Below, piece after piece: positions 26,753-36,522 of a DNA stretch of 58,542 nucleotides. The DNA comes from Bacillales bacterium UBA3620 (lineage in GTDB: Bacteria; Bacillota_I; Bacilli_A; RF39; UBA660). Made by a program: the position numbers and the translations under genes. Location: the NCBI GenBank assembly GCA_002375205.1, contig DFLL01000017.1:474-59015 (forward strand). Direction: 5' to 3'. Within the stretch, counting starts at the first letter, position 1. Each line of letters opens with the position of its first letter. Under the pieces are notes generated by a model. That model worked only from the letters and a program-made list of their open reading frames with translations, searched no databases and had not been told where the DNA came from.

Positions 26753-28816
26753 CTATATGTCTTTCTCATAATCACAATTAGTACATTTAATCTTATCTTT
26801 TTTCTTTGTAAGAACACCATTGCAGTTAGGGCAAGATTCCCCTATTGGCTCATCCCAAGTAGCAAAATCACATTTAGGATAGTTAGAGCAACCATAAAAG
26901 ATTTTACCTCTCTTTGTTTTTCTTTCAATAATTTTACCGTCACATTTAGGACAAGGCATAATTTCTTTTACTTCTTTTTTCTCCGTAGGTTTAATATACT
27001 TACATTCCGGATAATTAGAGCAAGCAACAAACTTACCATATTTACTTTGTTTTACTACTAATGGATTACCACAATTAGGGCATGTTTCTCCTGTCTCTTC
27101 AGGAGCTTTCTTTTCCATTTCACTAAAAGCTACTTTTACTTTAGGTTCAAAATCCTTATAAAATAGTTCAAGAAGTTTATTCCACTCTAAATTACCCTCT
27201 GCTATCTTATCAAGATCATCTTCCATCTTCTTCGTATATTCAACATTAATAATATCTTTAAAGAATTCCTGTAATTTATCAGTAGTTTCAATTCCTATTT
27301 CTGTAGGTACAAATTTCTTCTCTACTAGTTTTACATAAGCTCTCTCTATTATTGTTTCGATTGTTTTAGCATATGTAGAAGGTCTACCTATTCCTAATTC
27401 TTCCATTTCTTTAATTAGTTTACTTTCTGTATATCTACTAGGAGGTTTAGTTGTATGCATTGTATAATCAATATTATTAGATACTATTATATTACTCTTA
27501 TAATTAGAAAAATCAGGAAGTATTTTATCTTCAGAATCTTCATACATATTATATACTTTTAAATAACCATCAAATATAAGTACCTGACCAGTAGTCTTAA
27601 ACTGATAATTATTATTATCTAGTATTACAGTCGTAGCTTCCACTTTAGCATCTTTCATTAATGACGCTAAAGCTCTATAATAAATAATTCGATATAATTT
27701 ATATTCATCACTCGTTAAATACTCTTTAATTTTTTCCGGTTCTCTATTAATAGATGTTGGTCTAATAGCTTCATGAGCATCTTGAACATTTTCTGTTTTA
27801 TTACTTGTTTTAACATAGCCAACATACTCACTACCATAGTTTTCTTTAATATAACCATATGTGCTCTTAATAAACTCATCAGAAAGTCTTACTGAGTCAG
27901 TTCTCATATATGATATAAGACCCACAGTTTCTGTGCCGATATTAATACCTTCATATAACTTTTGTGCAATACTCATTGTCTTCTTCGAACTAAAGCCTAA
28001 CTTACTAGAAGCCTCTTGCTGAAGAGTACTTGTTGTAAAAGGAAATTTGCTCTTCTTAGCTTTCTCTTTTTTATCAACACTTTCTATTTTAAAAGCATTA
28101 GAAAGTTTACTAAGAATATCTTTAGCTTCATTTTCTTTTTTAATTTCAATTTTTTTATGATTATAAGTATCTAGCTTAGCATCAAAGTCACTAAAATGAG
28201 CATCTATTTCATAATATTCTTCTGGTATAAAAGCCTCTATTTCTCTTTCTCTATCGACAATTAATTTTAGAGCAACACTTTGCACTCTACCCGCAGACTT
28301 ACCACCTGTTTTTGATTGCATAAGTTTGCTTAATCTAAAGCCAATAATTCGATCCAATATTCTTCTTGTTTCCTGTGACTTAACTAAATTATCATCAATC
28401 ATTCTTGCTTTATCAAAAGAATTAAGAACAGCTCCTTTTGTTATTTCATTAAATACTATTCTTTTATAATTATTATCATTTAAACCTAAAGTATCATATA
28501 AATGCCAACTAATAGCTTCTCCCTCCCTATCAGGGTCGGTAGCTAAATATACAAAACTAGCATTTTTAACATCGCTTTTTAATTCTTTAACTAATTTATT
28601 TTTACCTTTAATAATTTTATAATCAGGTTTAAACCCATTATCTATATCTACTCCAAACCCATATTTACCAGAAGTAGATAAATCTCTTATATGTCCAACC
28701 GAAGAAACTACTTTGTAGTCACTTCCTAAATATTTTTCTATTGTCTTACTTTTATGTGGTGACTCCACGATAACTAGTTTTTTATTCATAGAATCCTTCC
28801 TTTCTCTCTGTAACAT
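26753..28816 (-). CDS. topA: DNA topoisomerase I (likely start MNKKLVIVES)
   Basis: LVIVESP.K, ATDPDREGE, SAGRVQS, YMRTDS and C-terminal zinc ribbons. Confidence 0.98.
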   Translation of the reverse strand: MLQRERKDSMNKKLVIVESPHKSKTIEKYLGSDYKVVSSVGHIRDLSTSGKYGFGVDIDNGFKPDYKIIKGKNKLVKELKSDVKNASFVYLATDPDREGEAISWHLYDTLGLNDNNYKRIVFNEITKGAVLNSFDKARMIDDNLVKSQETRRILDRIIGFRLSKLMQSKTGGKSAGRVQSVALKLIVDREREIEAFIPEEYYEIDAHFSDFDAKLDTYNHKKIEIKKENEAKDILSKLSNAFKIESVDKKEKAKKSKFPFTTSTLQQEASSKLGFSSKKTMSIAQKLYEGINIGTETVGLISYMRTDSVRLSDEFIKSTYGYIKENYGSEYVGYVKTSNKTENVQDAHEAIRPTSINREPEKIKEYLTSDEYKLYRIIYYRALASLMKDAKVEATTVILDNNNYQFKTTGQVLIFDGYLKVYNMYEDSEDKILPDFSNYKSNIIVSNNIDYTMHTTKPPSRYTESKLIKEMEELGIGRPSTYAKTIETIIERAYVKLVEKKFVPTEIGIETTDKLQEFFKDIINVEYTKKMEDDLDKIAEGNLEWNKLLELFYKDFEPKVKVAFSEMEKKAPEETGETCPNCGNPLVVKQSKYGKFVACSNYPECKYIKPTEKKEVKEIMPCPKCDGKIIERKTKRGKIFYGCSNYPKCDFATWDEPIGESCPNCNGVLTKKKDKIKCTNCDYEKDI

Positions 28817-28968
28817 TATATACTATATTTATTCTAAAATGCAAGTCTTTTTTTAGGAAATTAAAAATAGCCCTCATAAAGAGAGCTAAATATATATTAA
28901 ACATAAGCATTAACTTATGACATTATATATTATGCAAACAATCAATAAATGTTCCAAAAAAAGAAAGA

Positions 28969-29412
28969 CTATCCAAGTCTTTCCTTTATTAATTTACTAA
29001 CTAAAGACATATCCGCTCTTCCTTTTACTAAAGGAGTAACGCTTTTCATAATAAGTCCCATATCTTTCTGACTAGTAGGTTTTACTTCGTCAAAGACTTT
29101 ATCTAATATCTTATTTAATTCTTCATCTGATAAAGCTTCAGGCATATAAGAAGATAATATTTCCACTTCCTTCTTATTCTGTTCTACTAAGTCTTCTCTA
29201 CCAGCTTTTTCAAATTGCTCGATAGCCTCTTTACGCATTTTTATTTGCTTAGATAAAACATTAATTACATCATCATCAGTAAGCTCTTCTCTAGGACTTT
29301 TTTTAGCAAGTTGCATAGCACCTTTTACCATTCTAATTACTCCTAGTTTAAAAGTATCTTTATTTTTCATTGCATCTTTTAAATCATTATTAATCTTTTC
29401 TGATAATGTCAT
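28969..29412 (-). CDS. yqeY: GatB/YqeY domain protein
   Basis: DLK.AMK, K.R.E....F..AGR.DL and GRAD; downstream of rpsU. Confidence 0.92.
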   Translation of the reverse strand: MTLSEKINNDLKDAMKNKDTFKLGVIRMVKGAMQLAKKSPREELTDDDVINVLSKQIKMRKEAIEQFEKAGREDLVEQNKKEVEILSSYMPEALSDEELNKILDKVFDEVKPTSQKDMGLIMKSVTPLVKGRADMSLVSKLIKERLG

Positions 29413-29424
29413 AAACTCACCCTC

Positions 29425-29637
29425 TTAGTAATTATTCTTTCTAGCATTTCTTCTAGAATTAATAGTATTTTTTTTCTTTTCTTCTTTTTCTCTTTTTGAT
29501 TTACTTTTATATCCTTCAGCTCTTTCTTTAGCTTTAGAGAGATTACCGTTACGTGCTACTTGATTTTTAAATTTTCTTAAAGCAAATTCAACATCATTAT
29601 TTCTAACACTAACGGTTACTTTAGTTCCTGCAGACAT
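29425..29637 (-). CDS. rpsU: 30S ribosomal protein S21 (start re-called to ATG 29637)
   Basis: RBS GGAGGG; V.VRNNDVEFALRKFK...Y.S.S; rpsU-yqeY synteny. Confidence 0.85.
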   Translation of the reverse strand: MSAGTKVTVSVRNNDVEFALRKFKNQVARNGNLSKAKERAEGYKSKSKREKEEKKKNTINSRRNARKNNY

Positions 29638-29668
29638 TCTATCCCTCCTTCCGCTTTTTCCATCATAA

Positions 29669-29697
29669 ATTATATCATTATTTGACATATTTTACAA
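29669..29697 (-). promoter_or_regulatory. rpsU promoter
   Basis: TTGTAA-17-TATAAT with a TG extension. Confidence 0.65.
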
Positions 29698-29698
29698 T

Positions 29699-29762
29699 AA
29701 GTTTTTACTTATTTTATCCCATTATTAACAAAGTTTTTACTTATTTTATCAAATTATTAAAC
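29699..29762. repeat. 32-bp tandem duplication abutting the rpsU -35
   Basis: AAGTTTTTACTTATTTTATCccATTATTAAca / AAGTTTTTACTTATTTTATCaaATTATTAAac. Confidence 0.8.
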
Positions 29763-29917
29763 AAAAAAGATATTTTTGTAATATTTTTTTAATAAGAAAG
29801 AGAAAATAATTAATTTCTCCCATATAATCAAAGTCCTCATAATGTGATTGTCAAAAAGTAAGTCGAATTTAGCAAACAAAAAAAGAATTGCAAATAGCAA
29901 TCTTTAAAACACAATAT

Positions 29918-30767
29918 CTAATTTTTATATTTTAAATTATCAAGTATTTTTTCACTATATTTATTTTCTTTTTCTAACTCTTTTAAACTCTTATCTGGTG
30001 TTGGTAAAATCTTCTGGCATAGTACCGCCTAATCTTTTAATACTATTTCTTACTTCTTTACCAACTTCATAATGAACAGAATTTGCAGTATATTCATTAT
30101 CCACATTATCTCTTTTTAATTTAGCATCTGTTTGAGCTATTCTAAATATATTATCCGCAAGTTCTTCACTCCCCATATTATCTAATATATCTTCTCTATA
30201 TCTTAATTTCTTTCTTTTGAAAATATCATCTGCTGTTTCACCATTATAAAGTCCTTTGTATCCAGTATTATGAAATCTAGCCAAATCTTTTACTCCACTT
30301 TTTACTGCCGTTTGATTCAAATTATAATTACCTTTTCTTGCTTGATTTCTTCTATATAATCTTTTTTCATTTTCAGTTAGATTATTATATTCTAATTCAG
30401 ATAGTTCCTGCTTTCTTGTTTGGATGGCAAAATAAGTTTGACCTAAAGCTATTATTTCTTTTTGAGGATTTCCATTCATTACAATTAAATAGCATGCATA
30501 TCTAGATAGTTTATAATCTATAATTTTTCTTGTTGTTTTAGATCCTATATCAACCATTTTGCGGTACAACGCAAAATGGTCATCAATATTATATTTGCTT
30601 TCTTTACATGCTGATATAGCTCTTACAATTAAATCATTTATACTTCTCCACTGATTGTATCCTAAAATACTTTGTAATTCTCTTGCTAACCAATACTCAT
30701 TACCTAATTCATCTATATGTTTTATATCTTCAAATATTTTTTCTGTGTATTCTTTTATTTCATTCAT
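29918..30767 (-). CDS. dinD: DNA damage-inducible protein D (Bro-N-like N-terminus), frameshifted near the 3' end
   Basis: EYW.ARELQ..LGY..W, LSRYACYL..NG.P.K, QTYFA.QTRKQE and ILD.MGSEELA.N.FR..QT. Removing one T at 30006-30009 restores MPEDLPTPDKSLKELE...* ending at 29918. Confidence 0.88.
30553..30580. repeat. In-frame palindrome within dinD
   Basis: ACCATTTTGCG-gtacaa-CGCAAAATGGT, perfect 11-bp arms, encoding DHFALYRKMV. Confidence 0.92.
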
Positions 30768-30783
30768 TTTATCATCTTCCTTT

Positions 30784-31340
30784 CTACGGACTACAAGTCT
30801 CTATTTTTAATTTACTATTTTTAATTTTAAACATAATACTCCCATCTTGATCTGTTCTATATATTTTACTGTTTTTTAAATTATCTAATACTTCTTTATT
30901 TGGATGACCATATCTATTATTTTTACCTACTGATATCATTGAATATTTTTGATCTATTTCAAAGTTGAACTCTTCACTACTACTTGTCTTACTTCTACGA
31001 TGTTCTTCTTTTAAAACATCAATATCTGGTAAATTATACTCATTAATAATTTTCTGTAATACTTGATGCATCTACCATAAACAAAAATTTATATCAATCA
31101 AGTTCGATATAAATAACATTACTACTATCATTTTCATGATCATATTCTTTAGTTTGTAGGAAGTATAATTTGTTCTTATCAATATTTAATTCTTTAATAC
31201 TTCAGTAATATTTAATATTCATTTTATCTAACACTTTGATTAATTCTTTCTCAAATCATTATAAGGGTCAAAATTAAAATCTTTATATTAAAATTATTAA
31301 CTAAATTAATTGTTTTAACCATATAGTAATAATTCACATG
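30784..31340 (-). pseudogene. comEC: Decayed 3' fragment of comEC (metallo-beta-lactamase domain)
   Basis: IDVLK(eehrr)SKTSSS, ISVGKNNRYGHP and IYRTDQDGSI. Upstream pieces (INLVNNF, ELIKVLDK, KLYFLQTKEYD.END.S.V) are broken by stops and frameshifts; the GHHGS motif is destroyed. Confidence 0.8.
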
Positions 31341-31351
31341 ATATAACAATC

Positions 31352-31384
31352 AAAAAATTAATAAGAGGGTTATCCCTCTTATTA
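31352..31384 (-). terminator. Terminator after the peptide genes
   Basis: TAATAAGAGGG-ttat-CCCTCTTATTA followed by a T6 tract on the minus strand. Confidence 0.8.
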
Positions 31385-31552
31385 TTATAAACTACAATTT
31401 TTACCTTCAATAATTCTTCTTATTGAACTGCCTAGAGCATCTCCTAAATTATAAATAGTTTCAACAACTTTATAAATAGCTCCCATCATCGCAGCACTAA
31501 TACTAGTTCCACCACTAACATTTTTCATTTCTTCTATTTTTAACTTTCTCAT
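31385..31552 (-). CDS. Double-glycine leader peptide 2 (55 aa), bacteriocin-like
   Basis: RBS AAGGAG; MRKLKIEEMKNVSGG|TSISAAMMGAIYKVVETIYNLGDALGSSIRRIIEGKNCSL. Not in the ORF track. Confidence 0.88.
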   Translation of the reverse strand: MRKLKIEEMKNVSGGTSISAAMMGAIYKVVETIYNLGDALGSSIRRIIEGKNCSL

Positions 31553-31566
31553 ATAAATCTCCTTTT

Positions 31567-31710
31567 TTAATTTCTACACGCCTCTGGATTTGAATATCCA
31601 TGAAATATACCTATTAAGAAAGTGATAACAACTCCAATAATACTTGAAACTACTACCGGAGAAGCACCTCCTTCTATTTTTTTCATTTGTTCTTTATTTA
31701 ATTTTTTCAT
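31567..31710 (-). CDS. Double-glycine leader peptide 1 (47 aa), class IIb bacteriocin-like
   Basis: RBS GGAGGT; MKKLNKEQMKKIEGG|ASPVVVSSIIGVVITFLIGIFHGYSNPEACRN. Not in the ORF track. Confidence 0.88.
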   Translation of the reverse strand: MKKLNKEQMKKIEGGASPVVVSSIIGVVITFLIGIFHGYSNPEACRN

Positions 31711-31712
31711 TT

Positions 31713-32144
31713 TTACCTCCTCATAATATAATCAATTACTCTTTTATTCTCTTTTAAAAAGTGAAGATCTAAACTTAAATTATTAATATTATATTTCAAA
31801 GGAATATCTATCTCAATATTTATTATCTGATATGTTGTACTATTATCAGTAAAAAAATTTTCATCTACCGATATAATCTTGTAATTAAATTCTCTCTTAT
31901 CAATCATCACAACATCATTAGAGGTTAAATAACTAATTTTATCTAAAGGAATATATAATCTTATATAATATTTCTCATCATCAAATTGAACTATACCTTT
32001 TACTTTATAATATAACTTATAATGAAATAGAGTCATAAACATAATTAAGGAAAGTGCTATCACTATTATTATCATTATATACATATATATTAAAGGCTCA
32101 ACCCTTCTACTAAATATAATTCCGCTACCTATATAATATTTCAT
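31713..32144 (-). CDS. Short membrane-anchored accessory protein of the peptide exporter (HlyD beta-barrel-like remnant)
   Basis: One TM helix then a beta-rich domain; translationally coupled to the ABC transporter. Confidence 0.6.
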   Translation of the reverse strand: MKYYIGSGIIFSRRVEPLIYMYIMIIIVIALSLIMFMTLFHYKLYYKVKGIVQFDDEKYYIRLYIPLDKISYLTSNDVVMIDKREFNYKIISVDENFFTDNSTTYQIINIEIDIPLKYNINNLSLDLHFLKENKRVIDYIMRR

Positions 32145-34219
32145 ATATCCCCCCTTACATAATTTTTAGCTGCATTTTTATCAATTACAATCATTCTATT
32201 ATATAAATCCATATTATCTTTCCGATGAGAAATAATAATAAAAGTCTTATCCTTATATTCATTAAAAATATTTTGAATAATCTTCCTTTCCAAATTAACA
32301 TCAATTTCATTTAAACCTTCATCAATCATAATAATATTACCATTTTTAAGTAGACCTCTAGCTAAGACTATTCTCTGCCTTTGACCTCCTGATAAATTTA
32401 CTCCATTCTCTTCAAGCCTATAATCATATCCTAATAAGTTATCCCTTACAATATCATCTACATAAGTAATTTTGCATACCTTTAAAAATTCTTCCTCACT
32501 TATATTCCTATCTAACATAATATTATTTCTAATCGTTCCCGTAAAAATAGATTCACATTGTGAAATATAAGTAATATTTTTTCTTATATCACTAAGACTA
32601 TAATCATTTATATCATAATTATTTATAAATATCATATCTCGTTCAACATCAAAATACTTATATATAAGTTTTAATATAGTACTTTTGCCTACACCAGAGT
32701 CTCCCATTATAAGTACTCTATCTCTTTCATTAATATAAAAACTTATATTATCGAGTAAATTATTTTTATTATTATAAGAGTATAATAAATTTTTAATAAT
32801 TATATTTCCTTTAACTTCTAACTTATTACCATCAAATATCTCCTCCTTAACATTTAATAAATTATTAGCTCTTATAATGGAATTCTTTACATAGTGATAT
32901 TCATTCAAAATATCTACTATATTTTTTATTGGATAGATCAAATAACTAGATAAAAACGTTATAGTTAAATAATTACCCATTGTTAAAGAATTATTAAAAA
33001 TTAACCTTATACTAAAATAACTAACCATTAATAAGCCAATATCTGTTATTAAGTCTTTAAATAATTGTATTAGATTAATAACCTCATTTTTCTTATATAC
33101 AGTATTTAATAATGATGAATATAATTTAGAAAAATTTAAAATAGTAGTATCCTCAATATTAAGATTTTTTATCGTCTCATAAGAACTAACAGCTTCAATA
33201 ATGGCACTATTAGTTAAAGCACTACATTCCTGTTCCTTAATAGTACTTATCTTTATTGGATAATTAAATAACAAAAGTATCAATAAATATATAAATATAA
33301 TTAAACAAATAATAAACAAAATCTTTTTATTAATAAATGAAAAAAATATAAAGGAAATAATAAAGATAATCGTATCTAAGAAAATACCCACTATTACCTT
33401 AGAAATAAATGATTTCAAAGAGAACAAATCTGTTAATCTAGATAAAACTTCACCAGTAGTCTTATTCTTATAATAGTAATAAGGAAGTAAAATTGTTTTC
33501 GTAAAAGTACTAAGAATTATACTAATATCTAATTTCTGATTTAAAAATAGAAGAAGATAATTTCTTACATAACTAGTTACTATCTTAACAATATACAAAA
33601 TAGAGAACAATAATGTTATAATAGCAATATTACTAGTAGTACTATCTATTACGTAATCAAAAATTACCTGAGAATAAAAAGAAGTACTTGCTGAAAAAAT
33701 AGTAAAAATAAACGATAATATAAATATAAAAATAATAATATTCTTATTTTTCAATAACACATATATAATTATTTTATTTAATATTTTTTCACCAGTTAAA
33801 ACTGGAAGATTTCGATCCTTCTCAAATAGCATAATATTACCTGTAAAAGAGTTAACAAAATCAAATAATTCCATAACTACCTTTCCTTTAGAAGGATCCA
33901 TAATAATAATTTTAGTATCTTCTATTTTATATACTACAACAAAATGCATATAATTATTATTATTTATCTGAGCAATAAAAGGAGTACCAATATCCTCTAA
34001 CTTACTATCATTATCAACTTTATAAGCAAATGATTTTAAGCCAATACTTTCCGCTGCTAAACTTAGATTATAAAAATTAGTACCCTCTCTATCTGTCTTT
34101 GTCAAAACTATCAATCTATCTAATAATATATCACCTCCATAAAAACGAATAATTGATAGAAGGGCCGCCGCTCCACAATCTTTTTCTCCTTCTTGTAACA
34201 CAATTAGTCTTTTGCGCAT
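32141..34219 (-). CDS. Peptidase-containing ABC transporter (C39, ComA/SunT type)
   Basis: Q....DCGAA.L, HFVV, DP..G, a TM domain, GDSGVGKST and LSGGQRQR. Confidence 0.95.
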   Translation of the reverse strand: MRKRLIVLQEGEKDCGAAALLSIIRFYGGDILLDRLIVLTKTDREGTNFYNLSLAAESIGLKSFAYKVDNDSKLEDIGTPFIAQINNNNYMHFVVVYKIEDTKIIIMDPSKGKVVMELFDFVNSFTGNIMLFEKDRNLPVLTGEKILNKIIIYVLLKNKNIIIFIFILSFIFTIFSASTSFYSQVIFDYVIDSTTSNIAIITLLFSILYIVKIVTSYVRNYLLLFLNQKLDISIILSTFTKTILLPYYYYKNKTTGEVLSRLTDLFSLKSFISKVIVGIFLDTIIFIISFIFFSFINKKILFIICLIIFIYLLILLLFNYPIKISTIKEQECSALTNSAIIEAVSSYETIKNLNIEDTTILNFSKLYSSLLNTVYKKNEVINLIQLFKDLITDIGLLMVSYFSIRLIFNNSLTMGNYLTITFLSSYLIYPIKNIVDILNEYHYVKNSIIRANNLLNVKEEIFDGNKLEVKGNIIIKNLLYSYNNKNNLLDNISFYINERDRVLIMGDSGVGKSTILKLIYKYFDVERDMIFINNYDINDYSLSDIRKNITYISQCESIFTGTIRNNIMLDRNISEEEFLKVCKITYVDDIVRDNLLGYDYRLEENGVNLSGGQRQRIVLARGLLKNGNIIMIDEGLNEIDVNLERKIIQNIFNEYKDKTFIIISHRKDNMDLYNRMIVIDKNAAKNYVRGDI

Positions 34220-34340
34220 TCTACCTCCTCATAATATGTATTAAACATTGAAGGTCAAATTTTAAACTGTTTTTCTAAATTTCTTAAAAAAATCATCATT
34301 TTAAAACATTTATATGTCAAATATATGTAAACAAAAAAAC

Positions 34341-35423
34341 TTAATCTATTTTTTTTAGATTAAGTTTTACTTTTTTCTTGCTATTTAAATATTCTAATTT
34401 AAAATCATTATCTGCATCAATACTATTTATATTATATATAAGTAAATACTCTTTATACTCATTAATATCTAAATATCCTCCTTTATAACCAATGCCAATA
34501 TCAGTAAAATAATTATAATACTTCATACTAGGAAAATATTCATCATTCTTGCTATTTAATACAAATTCATCTAAATCCAAACTATATTTATTCGTCTTTC
34601 CAATTATACTAACTTTTATTATAACATAACTATTATCTTTACTTATCCTATTTCTTTCGGATATATAGGAACAATTTACTTTTAAATTAAAATCCTTGGT
34701 ATTAAGTATTTCACCTTCACTTAAATCTCTATTTATTATATACCTATTAACAGGAAAAACAAATACTAAAATAATAGTTGCAATAACTAAAAATATATTA
34801 ATGATCAAAGAATTATCTTTATAATAATATGAAAATTCCCTAATTAATTTCCTACCATTCCTCTTAAAAGCGTTAGAATTAAGAACGTTATAAACTTCTA
34901 CTTCCGCACTATCCTCTTCATTCAAATTAAGCTCTTTTAAATCACTAGTAAAATTAAACTTCTTAATATCAAAGCCAAGGCCTCTTATTAACATTGGAAT
35001 AGACATAATTATTAAAATACCGTAATTAATTGTCGATATATCTCTATATAATCTAAGTTCTCTTCCCGAAACACTAGTAGACTCAAGTCCCCTAATATTA
35101 AAATATGAAATTATAAAAAGAATAGAAGAAAAAACACATAATATGATTATCCCTATATAAAATAATCTAGGTTTAGATTTATATTTCATTAAAAAATAGA
35201 TAATGGTAGAAAGAATCATTACTAAAATAAAACTAATATATATATAATAACTATTATAATTCGAAGAAATTACTTCAATTTTACCACTATAAGTAATATA
35301 ATCCCTAAAAAAATCAAATATTTTTTTAGCCATCACAGTAGAATATTCAAGCATTACAAACATTATTAAATGAATCAATCTAAAATGTCTAATTAAAAAA
35401 GCATATGGCCTTCTGAAAATCAT
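34341..35423 (-). CDS. Hypothetical multi-pass membrane protein with a C-terminal Ig-like (DUF4352-like) domain
   Basis: Five hydrophobic segments and a beta-rich C-terminus. Confidence 0.6.
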   Translation of the reverse strand: MIFRRPYAFLIRHFRLIHLIMFVMLEYSTVMAKKIFDFFRDYITYSGKIEVISSNYNSYYIYISFILVMILSTIIYFLMKYKSKPRLFYIGIIILCVFSSILFIISYFNIRGLESTSVSGRELRLYRDISTINYGILIIMSIPMLIRGLGFDIKKFNFTSDLKELNLNEEDSAEVEVYNVLNSNAFKRNGRKLIREFSYYYKDNSLIINIFLVIATIILVFVFPVNRYIINRDLSEGEILNTKDFNLKVNCSYISERNRISKDNSYVIIKVSIIGKTNKYSLDLDEFVLNSKNDEYFPSMKYYNYFTDIGIGYKGGYLDINEYKEYLLIYNINSIDADNDFKLEYLNSKKKVKLNLKKID

Positions 35424-35492
35424 AATTATTCCTCCTACATTCCATAATAATTATAATATAAAAAATAAAAAGAAACAATATAATTGCTTCCT

Positions 35493-36488
35493 TTATTTTT
35501 TTAAATAATCTAATACCTCATCAAAAGTATCAACTTTAATAATATCCATATTGTAGTGATACTTATTTTTGGTAGCTATAGCCTCTTCATAATTAGAAGA
35601 TGGAACAAAGACAATATCCATCTTATCACTTGCAGCTCCCATTATCTTGTATTTAATACCGTCTATCTCTCCCACACTGCCATCAAAAGAAATAGTACCT
35701 GTACCAGATATCTTTCTTCCCTTTATAATATCTTCATTTACCAAAGCATTATAAATAGTAAGTGTAAGCATCAAACCTCCCGAGGAACCAGACTCACTAT
35801 CTCTAAATTTAATTTCAAGCTTAGGTTCTATTTCATAATCATAATCAGTAATTATTACAACACCAACTATTTTAGTATTATTTTCTAAATAAATTTTACT
35901 TTTTATTTCCTTTTCTTTTCCATCTCTAAGTATCTTAAAAGTAATTATATCATTTTCCTTTTTATTATTAATTATCTTTTTAATTGCCGAAACATCCTCT
36001 ACTAAAGTATTATCCACCTCTAATATAATGTCTCCTACCTTAAGGCCATTATTCTGTGTTGTAGCTATAATAACATTCCTTTTATTATTAATTTTAATAA
36101 ATTTATTAGCTTTAGTATAAGCAACCATAAGAGCAACATCTAAAGAATTATCTCTCATAATTTTATTTCTATCTTCAACTTCCTTAATACTTTCATTAGA
36201 TATCTTCCTATCATTATTTTTAATTATATCATACCCCATTATCATCGAATATAAATATAATCCAGGAGTAGCCTTATACTCACTAACATAAAGCATATTA
36301 ATAGAGCCATTAGTCTCTTCATAGCCAGATAGATTAACTCTATCAGTAATATTTATTGTACCACCCGGAGCCATAACATAATATGGAAGTTTTAAATAAA
36401 AAAATAAACATAATAATATAATAAATAATAAAAACTTATAATTATACTTTAATATTTTCTTTAAATCCATATTATCATTCCATTCCAT
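35493..36488 (-). CDS. ylbL: YlbL-like PDZ/Lon (S16) protease
   Basis: LPYY..APG, PDZ GLKVGDII, GSSGGLM, GTGTI..DG.VG.I.G...K; divergent from ylbJ. Confidence 0.88.
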   Translation of the reverse strand: MEWNDNMDLKKILKYNYKFLLFIILLCLFFYLKLPYYVMAPGGTINITDRVNLSGYEETNGSINMLYVSEYKATPGLYLYSMIMGYDIIKNNDRKISNESIKEVEDRNKIMRDNSLDVALMVAYTKANKFIKINNKRNVIIATTQNNGLKVGDIILEVDNTLVEDVSAIKKIINNKKENDIITFKILRDGKEKEIKSKIYLENNTKIVGVVIITDYDYEIEPKLEIKFRDSESGSSGGLMLTLTIYNALVNEDIIKGRKISGTGTISFDGSVGEIDGIKYKIMGAASDKMDIVFVPSSNYEEAIATKNKYHYNMDIIKVDTFDEVLDYLKK

Positions 36489-36522
36489 TTCTTTTCTAAT
36501 CTATTATAGCATATAATTAAAT

